Assembly: GCA_951406725.2 (NCBI GenBank)
Contig: OX597830.1
Coordinates: 55,056,001 to 55,120,000 of the forward strand
Direction: 5' to 3'
DNA: 64,000 nucleotides
Source: Octopus vulgaris
Taxonomy: Eukaryota
The notes under the pieces are model-generated. The model was not told where the DNA came from and did not search any database. It saw only the letters and a program-made list of their open reading frames with translations. The position numbers were made by a program, and so were the translations under genes. Below, one piece after another: positions 1-10,694 of this stretch. Positions within the stretch are counted from its first letter, which is position 1; each line of letters begins with the position of its first letter.

Positions 1-112
1 AAATCAAGCCCAGTACTCATTCTTTGTAAGCCTAGTACTTATTCTATCACTATCTGTTGCTGAACCGGGATGTAAACACACCAACATTGGTATGTATATA
101 TATATATATATC

Positions 113-790
113 ACCGAGGCAATGACTAGTGACCGAGACCTTTGGAAATATGCTGTGCATGAGAAGACCCGGCAGGACAAGTGAGTCCATCCCATGTCCA
201 TTGCCAGGGATGTAGCCAGCCCACTTATATATGCCTTTCCTTCCTTGGACACACAAAGACCTGTTGAGGCAAGCGAAGTCAAAATCGAATTCGAAATTGA
301 ACCAATCCTATGACTGGCACCCGGCAGCTGCCAGGGCCACTGGACTGACTCCTGTGCAGGTGGCAAGTAAAGAAACACCGTTTTGACCCTGTGCTTGAGG
401 AGATCCATTGAGTCAAGGACACCAACATCAAAGATCAATGGAAACTGCAGCTGTGAAACCTGTGCCGGTAGCACGTGAAAAGCACCATCCGAACGTGGCC
501 AATGCCAGCGCTGCCTTGACTGGCTTCCATGCTGGTGGCACATAAAAAGCACCAATCCGATCATGGCCATTGCCAGCCTCGCCTGGCACCTGTGCCGGTG
601 GCATGTAAAAAGCACCCACTACACTCACAGAGTGGTTGGCGTTAGGAAGGGCATCCTGCTGTAGAAACACTGCCAGATCAGACTGGAGCCTGGTGCAGCC
701 TTCTGGCTTCCCAGATCCCCAGTCGAACCATCCAACCCATGCTAGCATGGAGAACGGACATTAAACGATGATGATAATGATGATGATGAT
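113..790 (+). mobile_element. RTE-tail-related SINE/LINE 3' end with internal repeats and (TGA)n tail
   Basis: aaaagcacccactacactc...ggaagggcatcc...catgctagcatgg...(tga)n. The same module occurs at 3676-3925, 21715-21862 and, inverted, at 1272-1450 and 44316-45028. Confidence 0.75.
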
Positions 791-810
791 ACACACACAT
801 ATATATACAA

Positions 811-959
811 CAGGCTTCTTTAAGCTTCCATCTACCAAATCCACTCACAAGGCTTTGTTCAGTCCAAAGCTGTAGTAAAAGACACTTGCCCAAGGTAACA
901 CACAGTGGGACTGAACCCGGAACCATGTAGTTGGGAAGCAAGCTTCTTACCACACAGCC
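811..959 (-). mobile_element. tRNA-derived (CORE-like) octopus SINE
   Basis: Minus strand reads gtgtggtaagaagcttgcttccc...gggttcagtcccactg...ccttgggcaagtgtctt. Many copies in the window. Confidence 0.75.
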
Positions 960-2137
960 ATCCATATAACAAGCTTCTTATTACACAGCCACACATATAA
1001 CATCATTATTTTTCTTGTTTTCCTGTTTAGTTTGATTAGTTCATTTAGTGTCCAATTAAGAATATTCTAAGTGTAGTTTACGACCGAGACAGCTAGAGTA
1101 TCAATACCTATTTTATAATTTTTCACATTGAACTCTGTTCTAAGTCCCAACCTTATTTGTTCTATATTGTCTCTTCCTTATTATCTCTTTAATTGATTCT
1201 TAAGTATCTGTATGTTTGGGTTTAGTCTAGTTCTCTTATTTCACTTTCTGTATCTAGTGTGATACTTATCCTCATCATCATCATCATCATTTAATGTCTG
1301 CTTTCCATTCTGGCATGGATTGGATGGTTCGACTGAAAACTGGTGAGCTACACTAGGTTCCAATCTGGTTTCTACAGCTGGATGCCCTTCCTAACACCAA
1401 CCACTCCAAGAGTGCGGTGGGTGCTTTTTATGTGCCACCAGCACAGGTGTCATTGACATAACAACGGCATTGGCTATGCACTCGAATGATACACATTGTG
1501 TTTGGAGCTATAGCCCCAAACACAATATAGTTTGGGGCTATAGCAGAAGCTAAAGCCCCAAACTGACCAAAACATTGTGAATGTATTTGGTTGACAGAAA
1601 ATAAAGAAACCCAGTGAGTGTGTGTGTGTGTTTGTACCCCCTTCCCAACCACTGCTTTATAAACCAGTGTTGGTTTATTATGTTTCTGTAACTTAGCAGT
1701 TTGGCAAAAAGAAACCATAGAATAAGTACTAGGCTTTAAAAAATATGTACTGGAGTCAATTTAGCCAGCAAAACCTTTCAAGATGGTGCTCCAGCATGGC
1801 TGCGATACAATGCCTGAAATAAGTTAAAGAAAAGATAAAAGATACATAAAGCAGTAAATCAGTTTGGAGATTTGGTTGCTATTGCTTGCAGGTCAAGTTA
1901 TAAAAAAAGAAGTCAACCTCACCAGTGTGATGGAAAGTAGAGATTTAGCTGCTGTTTCCTGCTGGTTGAACACCAACATAGAGGCGTCTGTTGGCTTGGA
2001 CAAGTTGTTTTGTCCTAGACCATGTCAACTCTGATCAAACTGAAGTATTCCGCATATGACCATCCCATCAATTTCCAGAATACTTTCATTTGTATATATC
2101 TTGTATTTTTGAAGGGAACCTACTTTTCATCGACAAC

Positions 2138-2198
2138 TGTGATTGTCACACGCTGATGATGGGTCAATATCCAGAAACTCGAGTCCGTGTGTATCATA
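2138..2198 (+). ncRNA. Type I hammerhead ribozyme (minimal, palindromic stem III)
   Basis: CACACG-CTGATGA-TGGGT(caat)ATCCA-GAAA-CTCGAG-TC-CGTGTG. Both core boxes are intact. Stem I is CACACG/CGTGTG, extended by TGTGAT/ATCATA across a bulge. Stem II is 5 bp. Stem III is the palindrome ACTCGAGT. GUC cleavage triplet with the cut predicted after 2185. Confidence 0.85.
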
Positions 2199-2407
2199 AG
2201 TTGAAGACGGGAAGGATGGCTTCCTTTTGCAAATACTGATAGGGCACAGAAAGTGTGTCTATAGCCAGCTCGAGAAGGTGTCCTCCTGGGGCTACAAACT
2301 ACAGTAGCATCCACCCTTAGGAGTTAGCCATATTTAAATGGCAAATACACGTCACGATGTCTTGTATTTTTTCTTTTCTTAAAACTGTTTTTGCATATAT
2401 TAACTTC

Positions 2408-2750
2408 TTTTACTTGTTTCTGTCATTGAACTGGGGCCATGCTACAGCACTGCCTTGAAGGATTTCAGTTGAACGAATTCACCTCAGTATTTATTATTTT
2501 TACAGCCTGGTACTTATTGTATTGGTCTGTTATGTTGAACCGCTAAGTTACAGGGATGTAAACAAAACAACACCAGTTATCAAATAGTGATGGGAGACAA
2601 ACACAAACACACATACACAGATATTTCCATCTACCAAATCCACTCACAAAGGTTTAGCTGGCTCGAGGCTATAGTTGCCCAAGGTGCCACCCAGTGGAAC
2701 TGAACCAGATTCCATGTGGTTGGGAAGCAAACTTCTCACCATACAGCCAT
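2408..2750 (-). mobile_element. tRNA-derived SINE, composite full-length copy
   Basis: Reverse complement of the plus-strand copy at 50230-50583. Confidence 0.7.
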
Positions 2751-2789
2751 GCCTGTATTTGCTATCAAAAATACATGTTTTATAGGTGC

Positions 2790-2945
2790 AGGCATGGCTA
2801 TGTGGTTAAGAAGGTTATATTGCAACTGCATGGTTTTAGGTTCAGTTCCACTGTGTGGAATCTTGGGCAAGTGTCTTTTCTACAGCCCTGAGCTGACCAA
2901 TGCTTTTGGAAGTGAATTTGTATAGAAACTGTATGGAAGCCTGAT
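2790..2945 (+). mobile_element. tRNA-derived SINE
   Basis: Same family as 811-959. Confidence 0.7.
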
Positions 2946-2997
2946 ATATACATATAAATCTCTCTCTCTCTTTATATATATATATATATATATATGT

Positions 2998-3292
2998 GGA
3001 GGCACATGGCCTAGTGGTTAGAGCAGCGGACTCACGGTCAATGGATCATGGGTTCGAATCGCAGACTGGGCGATGTGTGTGTTTGAGTGAAACACCTAAG
3101 CTCCACACGGCTCCGGCAGAAGGTAATGGCGAACTTTTGCTGACTCTCACGCCACAACTTTCTCTCATTCTTTCCTCCTGCATCTTGCAGCTCACCTGCG
3201 ACAGACTGGCGTCCCTTCCAGGTGGGGAACCTGTACATCAAGGAAACCGACCCTAACGAGCCAGGTGTGGCTTGAGAAGGAACAAACAACAA
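2998..3292 (+). mobile_element. tRNA-derived SINE (V-domain-like core) inserted in (TA)n
   Basis: A box TGGCCTAGTGG, B box GGTTCGAATC, core cctgcgacagactggcgtcc and an (AAC)n tail. The core assignment is from memory. Confidence 0.7.
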
Positions 3293-3315
3293 TATATATA
3301 TGCATGCATCTGAAG

Positions 3316-3655
3316 ATGTGTGACTCAGTGGTTTGAGTGTCAGGCTCACAATCATAAGGTAGTGAGTTTGATCCCGGACCTGTCGTGTGTTGTGTTCTTG
3401 AGCAAGGCACTTTATTCCACGTTGCTCCAGTTCACTCAGCTGTAGAAATGAGTTACGACATTACTGATGCCAAACTGTATCGGCCTTTGCCTTTCCCTTG
3501 GATAACATAAGTGGCGTGGAGAGACAAGGTTGGAATGCATGGACGACTGCTGGTCTTCCATTAGCAACCATACCCAGACTTGTACATCAGAAGGTAATTT
3601 TCTAGGTGCAATCCCATGGTCATGCATGACCAAAAGGAGTCTTTACACCTTTACC
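3316..3655 (+). mobile_element. tRNA-derived SINE (third family)
   Basis: A box tgactcagtgg, B box gagtttgatccc, then ttgagcaaggcacttt...cactcagctgtagaaatgag. Confidence 0.65.
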
Positions 3656-4442
3656 TTTTATGTATGTATGTGTGCAGGTGGCATGTAAAAAACACCATTT
3701 CAAGCGTGGCTGTTGCCAGTACCGCAAGACTGGCCCTCGTGCCAGTGGCATGTAAAAGCACCCACTACACTCTCGGAGTGGTTGGCATTAGGAAGGGCAT
3801 CCAGCTGTAGAAACTCTGCCAGATCAGATTGGAGCCTGGTGCAGCCATCTGGTTCGCCAGTCCTCAGTCAAATCGTCCAACCCATGCTAGCATGGAAAGC
3901 AGACGTTAAATGATGATGATGATGATGTGTTTGGCCCTGCAACTTAACAACTGGAGTTTGGTTTGTTTACATTGTCGTAACTGATAGGAGAAATACCAGG
4001 CTCTTAACAAAAAAATTAATAGTGGAGTTGTTTATTCAATTAAAACCCTTCTAGGCAGTGTCTCACCATGGCTGTAATCCAGTGATTGAAATAAGTCAAA
4101 AAGATAAAAGATATGGTAGTCTATGAAAGGTAGGCCACTAAATAAATTTTGTCCATAAAATAACATGACCTTCCACATTTATGCAGTCTATAATGGCTTT
4201 CTGTAGATAATAATATAATATATGGACCTACTCCAGCCTCTAGATTTAGCAGATCTGTTAAATCTGCTAAATCTAGAGGCTATAAAAATAATAATCAAAA
4301 GGTCTTCCAACCACAACCATCAAGCGTTGATTTTTTTTTTTTTTTCCTCAGATGTGAAGTACCTAGGACCATGGTGTGTTTTTCTAATTTTAAAGGAAAT
4401 AGTTATGTAGACGATTTGAAGAAGTCTTGGTTGCTATTTCTA

Positions 4443-4660
4443 TTTTCTTTACTACCCACAAAGGGCTAAACACAGAGAGGACAAACAGATTAAGTCGATT
4501 ATATCAAACCTAGTGCATAACTGGTACTTATTTAATCGACCCCGAAAGGACAAAAGGCAAAGTCGACCTCGGCGGAATTTGAACTCAGAACGTAAAGACA
4601 GACAAAATACCGCTAAGCATTTTGCCCGGTGCACTAACGATTCTGCCAGCTCACCGCCTT
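4443..4660 (-). mobile_element. tRNA-derived SINE monomer (Meta-domain-like core) with 16-bp TSD
   Basis: B box gagttcaaatt and core gcctttyrtcctttcggggtcgat. Flanked by ttggttgctatttcta (4427-4442) and ttggtagctatttcta (4661-4676). Confidence 0.85.
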
Positions 4661-5266
4661 TTGGTAGCTATTTCTAGCAGGCCGAATGAAGTGGGAGAGA
4701 AAAGGTAGGATATAGAAAGAGGAAAGAGGGAGGGAAAGAAACAAATAGATAGGGAGTGAGTGTAGAGAAATAGAAAAGGAGAGCGAGAGAAGTAAAGGGT
4801 AAGAAAGAGGTGTTTAGAATTTATTTGGCAGTTTCAATACAAGCGCCACCCACCCTGTTACTTTATTATTCTTTGCTTTTATTATTTGAAATTTTTTTCT
4901 TTCAGATTTTCAAATTTTAAGCGATTGTGATTCTGCAAAAACAATTTTTCAAAATTTCATTGTTTTAGCTTACGTAACCCTTATCCATTTCGTAATAAGA
5001 AACCGACTCAAACTTTCTAATTTTTGGCATTTTTCCAATTTTTTTTTTTTTATTTTGCCGATTCGTCGTAATTTTCCTATGTTTAAAATATTCAGAAAAA
5101 AATCAAAAAATTGTCCAGGGCATAGCTGTCTATGAAGAAGCTTGCTTCCCAACTATGTCCCCGGACCGACCAAAGCCATGTGATTATATCTGGTAGATGG
5201 AAAGTGAAATTCCATTGTATACACTCACACGTGTGTGTATTTTTATACGTATGTATGTGTGTGTTT

Positions 5267-5305
<39 letters not shown>

Positions 5306-5347
5306 CGTATATATATAATTGTGGAGCTTGTGTTTGTCCCATACCCA

Positions 5348-6092
5348 TTTCTTTACTGCCCACAAGGGGCTAAACACAGAGAGGACAAACGGAATAAGTC
5401 AATTATATCGACCCTAGTACGTAACTGGTACTTATTTCATCGACCCCGAAAGGATGAAAGGCTAAGTCGACCTCGGCGGAATTTGAACTCAGAACATAGC
5501 GGCAGACGAAATACCTATTTCTTTACTACCCACAAGGGGCTAAACACAGAGAGGACAAACAGACAAATTAAGTCGATTATATCGACCCTAGTACGAAACT
5601 GGTACTTATTTAATCGCCCTCGAAAGGATGAAAGGCAAAGTTGACCTCGGCGGAATTTGAACTCAGAACGTAGCGGCAGACGAAATACCTATTTCTTTAC
5701 TACCCACAAGGGGCTATACACAGAGGGGACAAACAAGGACAGACATAGGTATTAAGTCGATAACATCGACCCCAGTGCGTAACTGGTACTTAATTTATCG
5801 ACCCCGAAAGGATGAAAGGCAAAGTCGACCTCGGCGGAATTTGAACTCAGAACGTAGCGGCAGAAGAAATACCTATTTCTTTACTACCCACAAGGGGCTA
5901 TACACAGAGGGGACAAACAAGGACAGACATAGGTATTAAGTCGATAACATCGACCCCAGTGCGTAACTGGTACTTAATTTATCGACCCCGAAAGGATGAA
6001 AGGCAAAGTCGACCTCGGCGGAATTTGAACTCAGAACGTAGCGGCAGACGAAATACCGCTAAGCATTTCGCCCGGCGTGCTGATTCTGCCAT
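5348..6092 (-). mobile_element. Head-to-tail tetramer of the same SINE
   Basis: Four units of ~170-185 nt with junctions gaaatacc|tatttctttac at 5515, 5689 and 5873. Only the last unit keeps the 5' head. Confidence 0.9.
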
Positions 6093-7284
6093 ACCACCTC
6101 TTAACACAACCGGGGTTGGCTTTGGGTCATCTCAACTTAGCGGTTCAGCAAAAAAACCGGTAGAATAAGTATCAGGATTAAAAATAAGTACTAGAGTTGA
6201 TTTGTACGACTAAAATCTTTCAAGGTAGAGACAGCACTCCAGCATGGTCGCAGTCTAAACACTGAAATAAGAAATAGATAAAAAAAATAAATTCAATTAT
6301 CTTTACAGCGTATGTAGAGTTCTTAATCCGAAACAGCAAAATCTTAAAAAAAAATTTTTTTTTAAAACAGAAAGAAAAAGAAATCTAGATATTTCCTCCG
6401 CTCCAATAAAATAAAGTAAAGTGATGCATAGAAAGAATTGCATGAATTTAGTTGATTCCTTTCCGTAGTCGCCAACATCAGTCGTTCTCTGCAAACGCCA
6501 GAGTTTGTGAAATAGGGTTAAACAAATAAAGGTTCGCTTTTGAACTTCGATTATCAAAGCAGTTTTTGTCGTTATAAAGATATATTATAAACCAGGATAT
6601 TTAAACAACTTAACCTACAAGCTTTAATGACATTGTTAACTAAGATATATGCGTATATATATATATATTTTAATAATTTTGATATATATTTGAAATAATA
6701 TAAATTAATTAATCTTATGTATTGGCTTAAGTTTTTCATTGTATGATTTGCCTAATAGTGGTTTTATCTCTAATTAAATATAACATATATATATATATAT
6801 TAGTTCAAAACTTTTAAACTATCAAATTTATTTTATACATTATATTTATATTTATTTATTTATATATATTTTTAATACAATAAGTTCTTTCACACGGGTA
6901 TATCTTTATGAGTTTGGATATTAATTTCCTTATATTAATAATAATAAATTATTAATATATATATATATATATATCAGTGGATACGAAAAAGAAGCACACT
7001 CAAAAAGTTAGCGCAGTAATTAATTATATGCCCGATTATAGAGTGATCAATGGCTTCGCATGCATTATATATACACACAAACATATGTGCATTTCAACCA
7101 TGCGGTCATGCTGGAGCACCGTATCTATCAATGTATTTATCTATATAAAGTGTATATTCATGCTGGAGTGCTGTCTCTGCCTTGAAAGATTTTAGTCGAA
7201 CAGATCAACTTTGATTCACTTATGTAACTTTACTGTTGCAGGAGTGACGTATAAGGAAATGTTTTGTTTATTTTTTCTTACTCT

Positions 7285-7459
7285 AAGCACAAAACCCCGA
7301 CATTTTTGGGGAAGGGGACGACCAAGTCGATTAGATCGACCCCGAAAGGATGAAAGGCAAAGTCGACCTCGGCGGAATTCGAACTCAGAACGTAGCGGCA
7401 GAAGAAATACCGCTGTGCATTTCGTCCGCAGTGTTAACGTTTCTGCCAGCTCGCCGCCA
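7285..7459 (-). mobile_element. SINE copy of the same family with an alternative tail
   Basis: cgaccccgaaaggatgaaaggcaaagtcgacctcggcgg...ctgccagctcgccgcc. Confidence 0.8.
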
Positions 7460-7640
7460 TGACAGGAAATGTTATTTTGCAATCACTTGCTCCAGGGTTC
7501 GATTGCAGAGCTGTGGACAAATGTTTCGTAATAATAGTCTCGTGTGTCGACCAACATCCGACTTCGCTTTTCCTCAATCAAAATTATATGTCGTTGCTAT
7601 TATGCAAAAGTGTCGTAAATCCAAAACGTTGCCTTTTTTT

Positions 7641-8034
7641 GGTGATCTTTCGTCTCTAGTAGACCTTTCCGTCGATTTCCGTAAAAATTTTTTTTTCTTT
7701 TACATATGGGCTTGCGGGAACTTTTGAAGTAATATACATACATATACACATACACCGAGTAAAAAATTTCAGTTATCTCTTTCTTTCACACACTAACAGA
7801 AGCACTTCACTTACACAACATACTGTCTGTCTCCCACACCCCATCAAACACACACACATGTCCATCAATGCTCCCATGCACGGTAACTTCAAAAGAACTT
7901 CCCTCGTCATACAATCGCTTTCTCTTAGTCTCTTTCGCTCTCATTACTTCAAAAGTTCCCGCAAGCCCATATGTAAAAAAAAAAAATTTTTTACGGAAAT
8001 CGACGGAAAGGTCTACTAGAGACGAAAGATTGCC
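7641..8034. mobile_element. MITE with ~93-bp TIRs, GG...CC ends and 8-bp TSD (Merlin- or Mutator-like)
   Basis: 7641-7733 is the near-perfect reverse complement of 7943-8034. CTTTTTTT flanks both sides (7633-7640 and 8035-8042). Confidence 0.75.
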
Positions 8035-8653
8035 CTTTTTTTTTTTTCAGAAGACGGAAAATTAGTTTCACCATTCCAATTTCTTTTTAAATTAGCAACA
8101 GTATAATACTTTATTGGGTGTATAAAATCCTAACTCCATGCATGTATGATATTTTCAGCCAGAAATATTTTCACAAAACTGTCGTATGCGTGACTTACTA
8201 CACTTTTGCAAAATGCTAAACCGTTGTACTACACTTTTGACAATTTTCATATCTTGGCATCCGAAGCAGCTGGAAATACGATAGTTTTACCCAAAAGAAC
8301 CGGTTACTGCAAGCAAAATAAAAAATAAAAAAACCGCATTTGGTCAAATTTGGACATACGACAGTTGAACATAATAGCAACGATGTATGTATATATATAT
8401 ATAAAATATATACATACAATATTAGATATGTACATATATACACAAGGATGCTATAGAAGTCAAAAAATACTTCTGTACCACCTAATAGTCACAGAAGTAT
8501 TTTTTGACTGCTATCTTTAGCGATATAGGTACTCATATAGTACCCTTGTGTATATATGTACATATCTAATATTGTATGTATATATTTTATTAATTTGCCT
8601 GTACGGTTGACAATTCGCTTACCACCTGTGATGGTATTTTAATAATACCATCC

Positions 8654-8684
<31 letters not shown>

Positions 8685-8863
8685 ATAACAAAGGGTAAAA
8701 TTAATTAATTAACTAGTAATCAATAATTTCACCAAGTAGAATTCGGCATGAAAAAGGACCATATCACGGTAAACTAAAGTAATACCTTATAATAAGGTTC
8801 TTTGGCTGCTATTTCTAAACTTCGGTATGTGGTAAAGCAAATCTTTGCTGGACCCTATTATAA

Positions 8864-9145
8864 AGTATATATATATATATGTATGTATATATATATATGT
8901 GTATGTATATATATATGTATATATATATATATGTATGTATATATATATGTATATATATATATATATGTATGTATATATATATGTATATATATATATATGT
9001 ATGTATATATATATGTATGTATATATATATGTATGTATGTATATATATATATATGTATATATATATGTATGTATATATATATGTATGTATATATGTATGT
9101 ATATATATATATATATGCATGTATGTATATATATATGTATATATA
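8864..9145. repeat. (TA)n/(TATG)n compound microsatellite
   Basis: Visible directly; source of the YI-rich spurious ORFs. Confidence 0.95.
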
Positions 9146-9577
9146 ATGCACACTCACACAAAGGTAAAAAAAAAAAATGGTGCTTCACGTAATGCATCGA
9201 TATGTTTGTTTTTACGGAGTTATAAGATACTCTTGTGTCGTTCTTACACTGAAATGCAATAAACTATTGATTTCTTTTTATCTTGTAATATATATATATA
9301 TATATCTGCAACGGCGCTATTGTTCACCAATGGTCCACACGAAGTAAATAAGTCTGCTGTGCGCAAGAAGAGGAGACGAGAATCGTCGCGTTTCGCTATT
9401 TTCACAAAATTTTGATCGACAAAAAGAAAAGAACAAAACAAAACAATAAAAACAACAATAATTAATTTACGGTTTGATTTTTTTTTTTTTTTTATAAAAA
9501 AACCCATATAAATTACAAAAGTCTTTAAAGCATTTCAGGGTGCTATAAAATTTATAAATAAACAACGGAATTGTAGC

Positions 9578-10207
9578 TTATTTCTCGATCGTAGCAGCAT
9601 CAACATGTTCGGGTAAAGCTTCTATCCGATGTTTTGTGACTTTCATGGCCATCCCTTCGGGTAAATTCCGCTGTACATACTCCAGAATGGTATCTGCCGT
9701 CGATCCTGTTAAATGAATGAATTCTATGACGCGAAAGTGAGTCCGATTTTCGTATTGGACACGATGTTTCTTATAAATGTGAACAGATTTCAGTAGGGTA
9801 TACCGAGTGATGACCTTGGGCGGCGTAAACACGCTGCCGATCTGGACCCCGAGGCCCTCGGCGGCCATCCGAACGAATTTCTCGTAGCTGTTGATAACAG
9901 CAGGGTCATGTCCTTTCACTTCCACATCTATTTTACGATATAAACAGTCCAGTTCTGCATCAGAATCGGTCAGTTGACCATTAATATTATGATTTACAAC
10001 AACGTGATCTTCTTTTATGTTGGGGGAGGTCGGTCCATGGCTGAAACAAGAGACAGGGCTATAGTTGGAGATGGAGCCGGGTGTACGCGGTAAATGGCTG
10101 CTGCATTTTAAAGGATTTAGCCTAACGGGGAACAGCAGAGTAGACGTGCATCGAGAATTTCTAGAGACATGTTGACATAATTTAGAAATATTTGTCAAAA
10201 GTTTCAT
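9578..10207 (-). CDS. MRPS10: Mitochondrial 28S ribosomal protein S10 (uS10m), single coding exon, 209 aa
   Basis: ORF from the ATG at 10207 (MKLLTNISK..., basic/Ser-rich presequence-like N-terminus). It contains the S10 domain motifs [29 protein letters not shown] and [27 protein letters not shown]. Confidence 0.95.
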   Translation of the reverse strand: MKLLTNISKLCQHVSRNSRCTSTLLFPVRLNPLKCSSHLPRTPGSISNYSPVSCFSHGPTSPNIKEDHVVVNHNINGQLTDSDAELDCLYRKIDVEVKGHDPAVINSYEKFVRMAAEGLGVQIGSVFTPPKVITRYTLLKSVHIYKKHRVQYENRTHFRVIEFIHLTGSTADTILEYVQRNLPEGMAMKVTKHRIEALPEHVDAATIEK

Positions 10208-10239
10208 TATTATTAGACGTTGCACAAATTAAAGGAGAA

Positions 10240-10440
10240 ATGGTCGATAGCTGTCGTCACTTCCGATACTAGTACGTCACTTCCTCTTTTTTTTTTCCAT
10301 TTCATTCCCTCTCCTTCTTTTCGCCGTCGCCGCCACCACCTTACTTCACGCCGCTGCTGCCACCACCTCACTTCTCGCCGCCCCCACCATCTCACTTCTC
10401 GCCGCCGACGCCACCACCTCACTTCTCCTCCTCCTTGTAA
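10240..10440. promoter_or_regulatory. CpG-rich bidirectional promoter (MRPS10 / divergent gene)
   Basis: Two GTCACTTCC(G/T) ETS-like motifs (about 10256-10264 and 10277-10285), the second overlapping a CRE-like ACGTCAC. High CpG content. Lies between the MRPS10 ATG and a plus-strand donor at 10695. Confidence 0.65.
10321..10432. repeat. GC-rich degenerate tandem repeat (~21-27 nt unit, CGCCGYYGCCGCCACCACCTCACTTCT), ~4 copies
   Basis: Repeated ccaccacctcacttc units are visible directly. Confidence 0.8.
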
Positions 10441-10444
10441 AGTA

Positions 10445-10694
10445 AAAGTCAAGACAAAATAGAAGTCGTAGAACCGAAAACTGTCGGAAATTGACGAAGT
10501 GATAAATCGTTCTATTCCGATCGAGTCGACGGAAACTACCGAACAAATTTGATAGAGGCAAAGGAAAAGAAAGGAAAGCAATAATAAAAAAAAAGCGAAA
10601 AGTCTTGACAAGATGACTCCACTTTGTTGCCTGCTATGGCTTTGATATGTTTTAGATTATTACACTGACCATTTCCAACGAAAATATTTGACTG
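10445..10694 (+). other. Probable non-coding first exon of a divergent, unidentified gene (start approximate)
   Basis: Consensus donor CTG|GTAAGT at 10694/10695, just downstream of the promoter. Only short uORFs (ATG at 10613 gives MTPLCCLLWL*). Confidence 0.6.

Noticed and set aside
4-615. 203-aa minus-strand ORF
   Set aside because: It lies across SINE/RTE-tail repeats and a TA microsatellite, with no protein signature.
2120-2314. Coding exon (64-aa ORF on minus, or a short terminal exon on plus)
   Set aside because: No recognisable protein and weak splice sites; the hammerhead module explains the region better.
2998-3070. tRNA gene
   Set aside because: A and B boxes are present but the acceptor stem does not close, and the sequence continues into a SINE body and tail.
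3845-3870. Minus-strand CTGAGGA followed by a CTGG/CCAG stem
   Set aside because: Not followed by GAAA and no stem I or III; it is part of a SINE tail.
5348-6092. Retrozyme-like tandem repeat containing a hammerhead
   Set aside because: No CUGANGA core on either strand within the units.
10213-10611. Arg/Trp-rich and His-rich ORFs over the promoter
   Set aside because: Products of the GC-rich tandem repeat.
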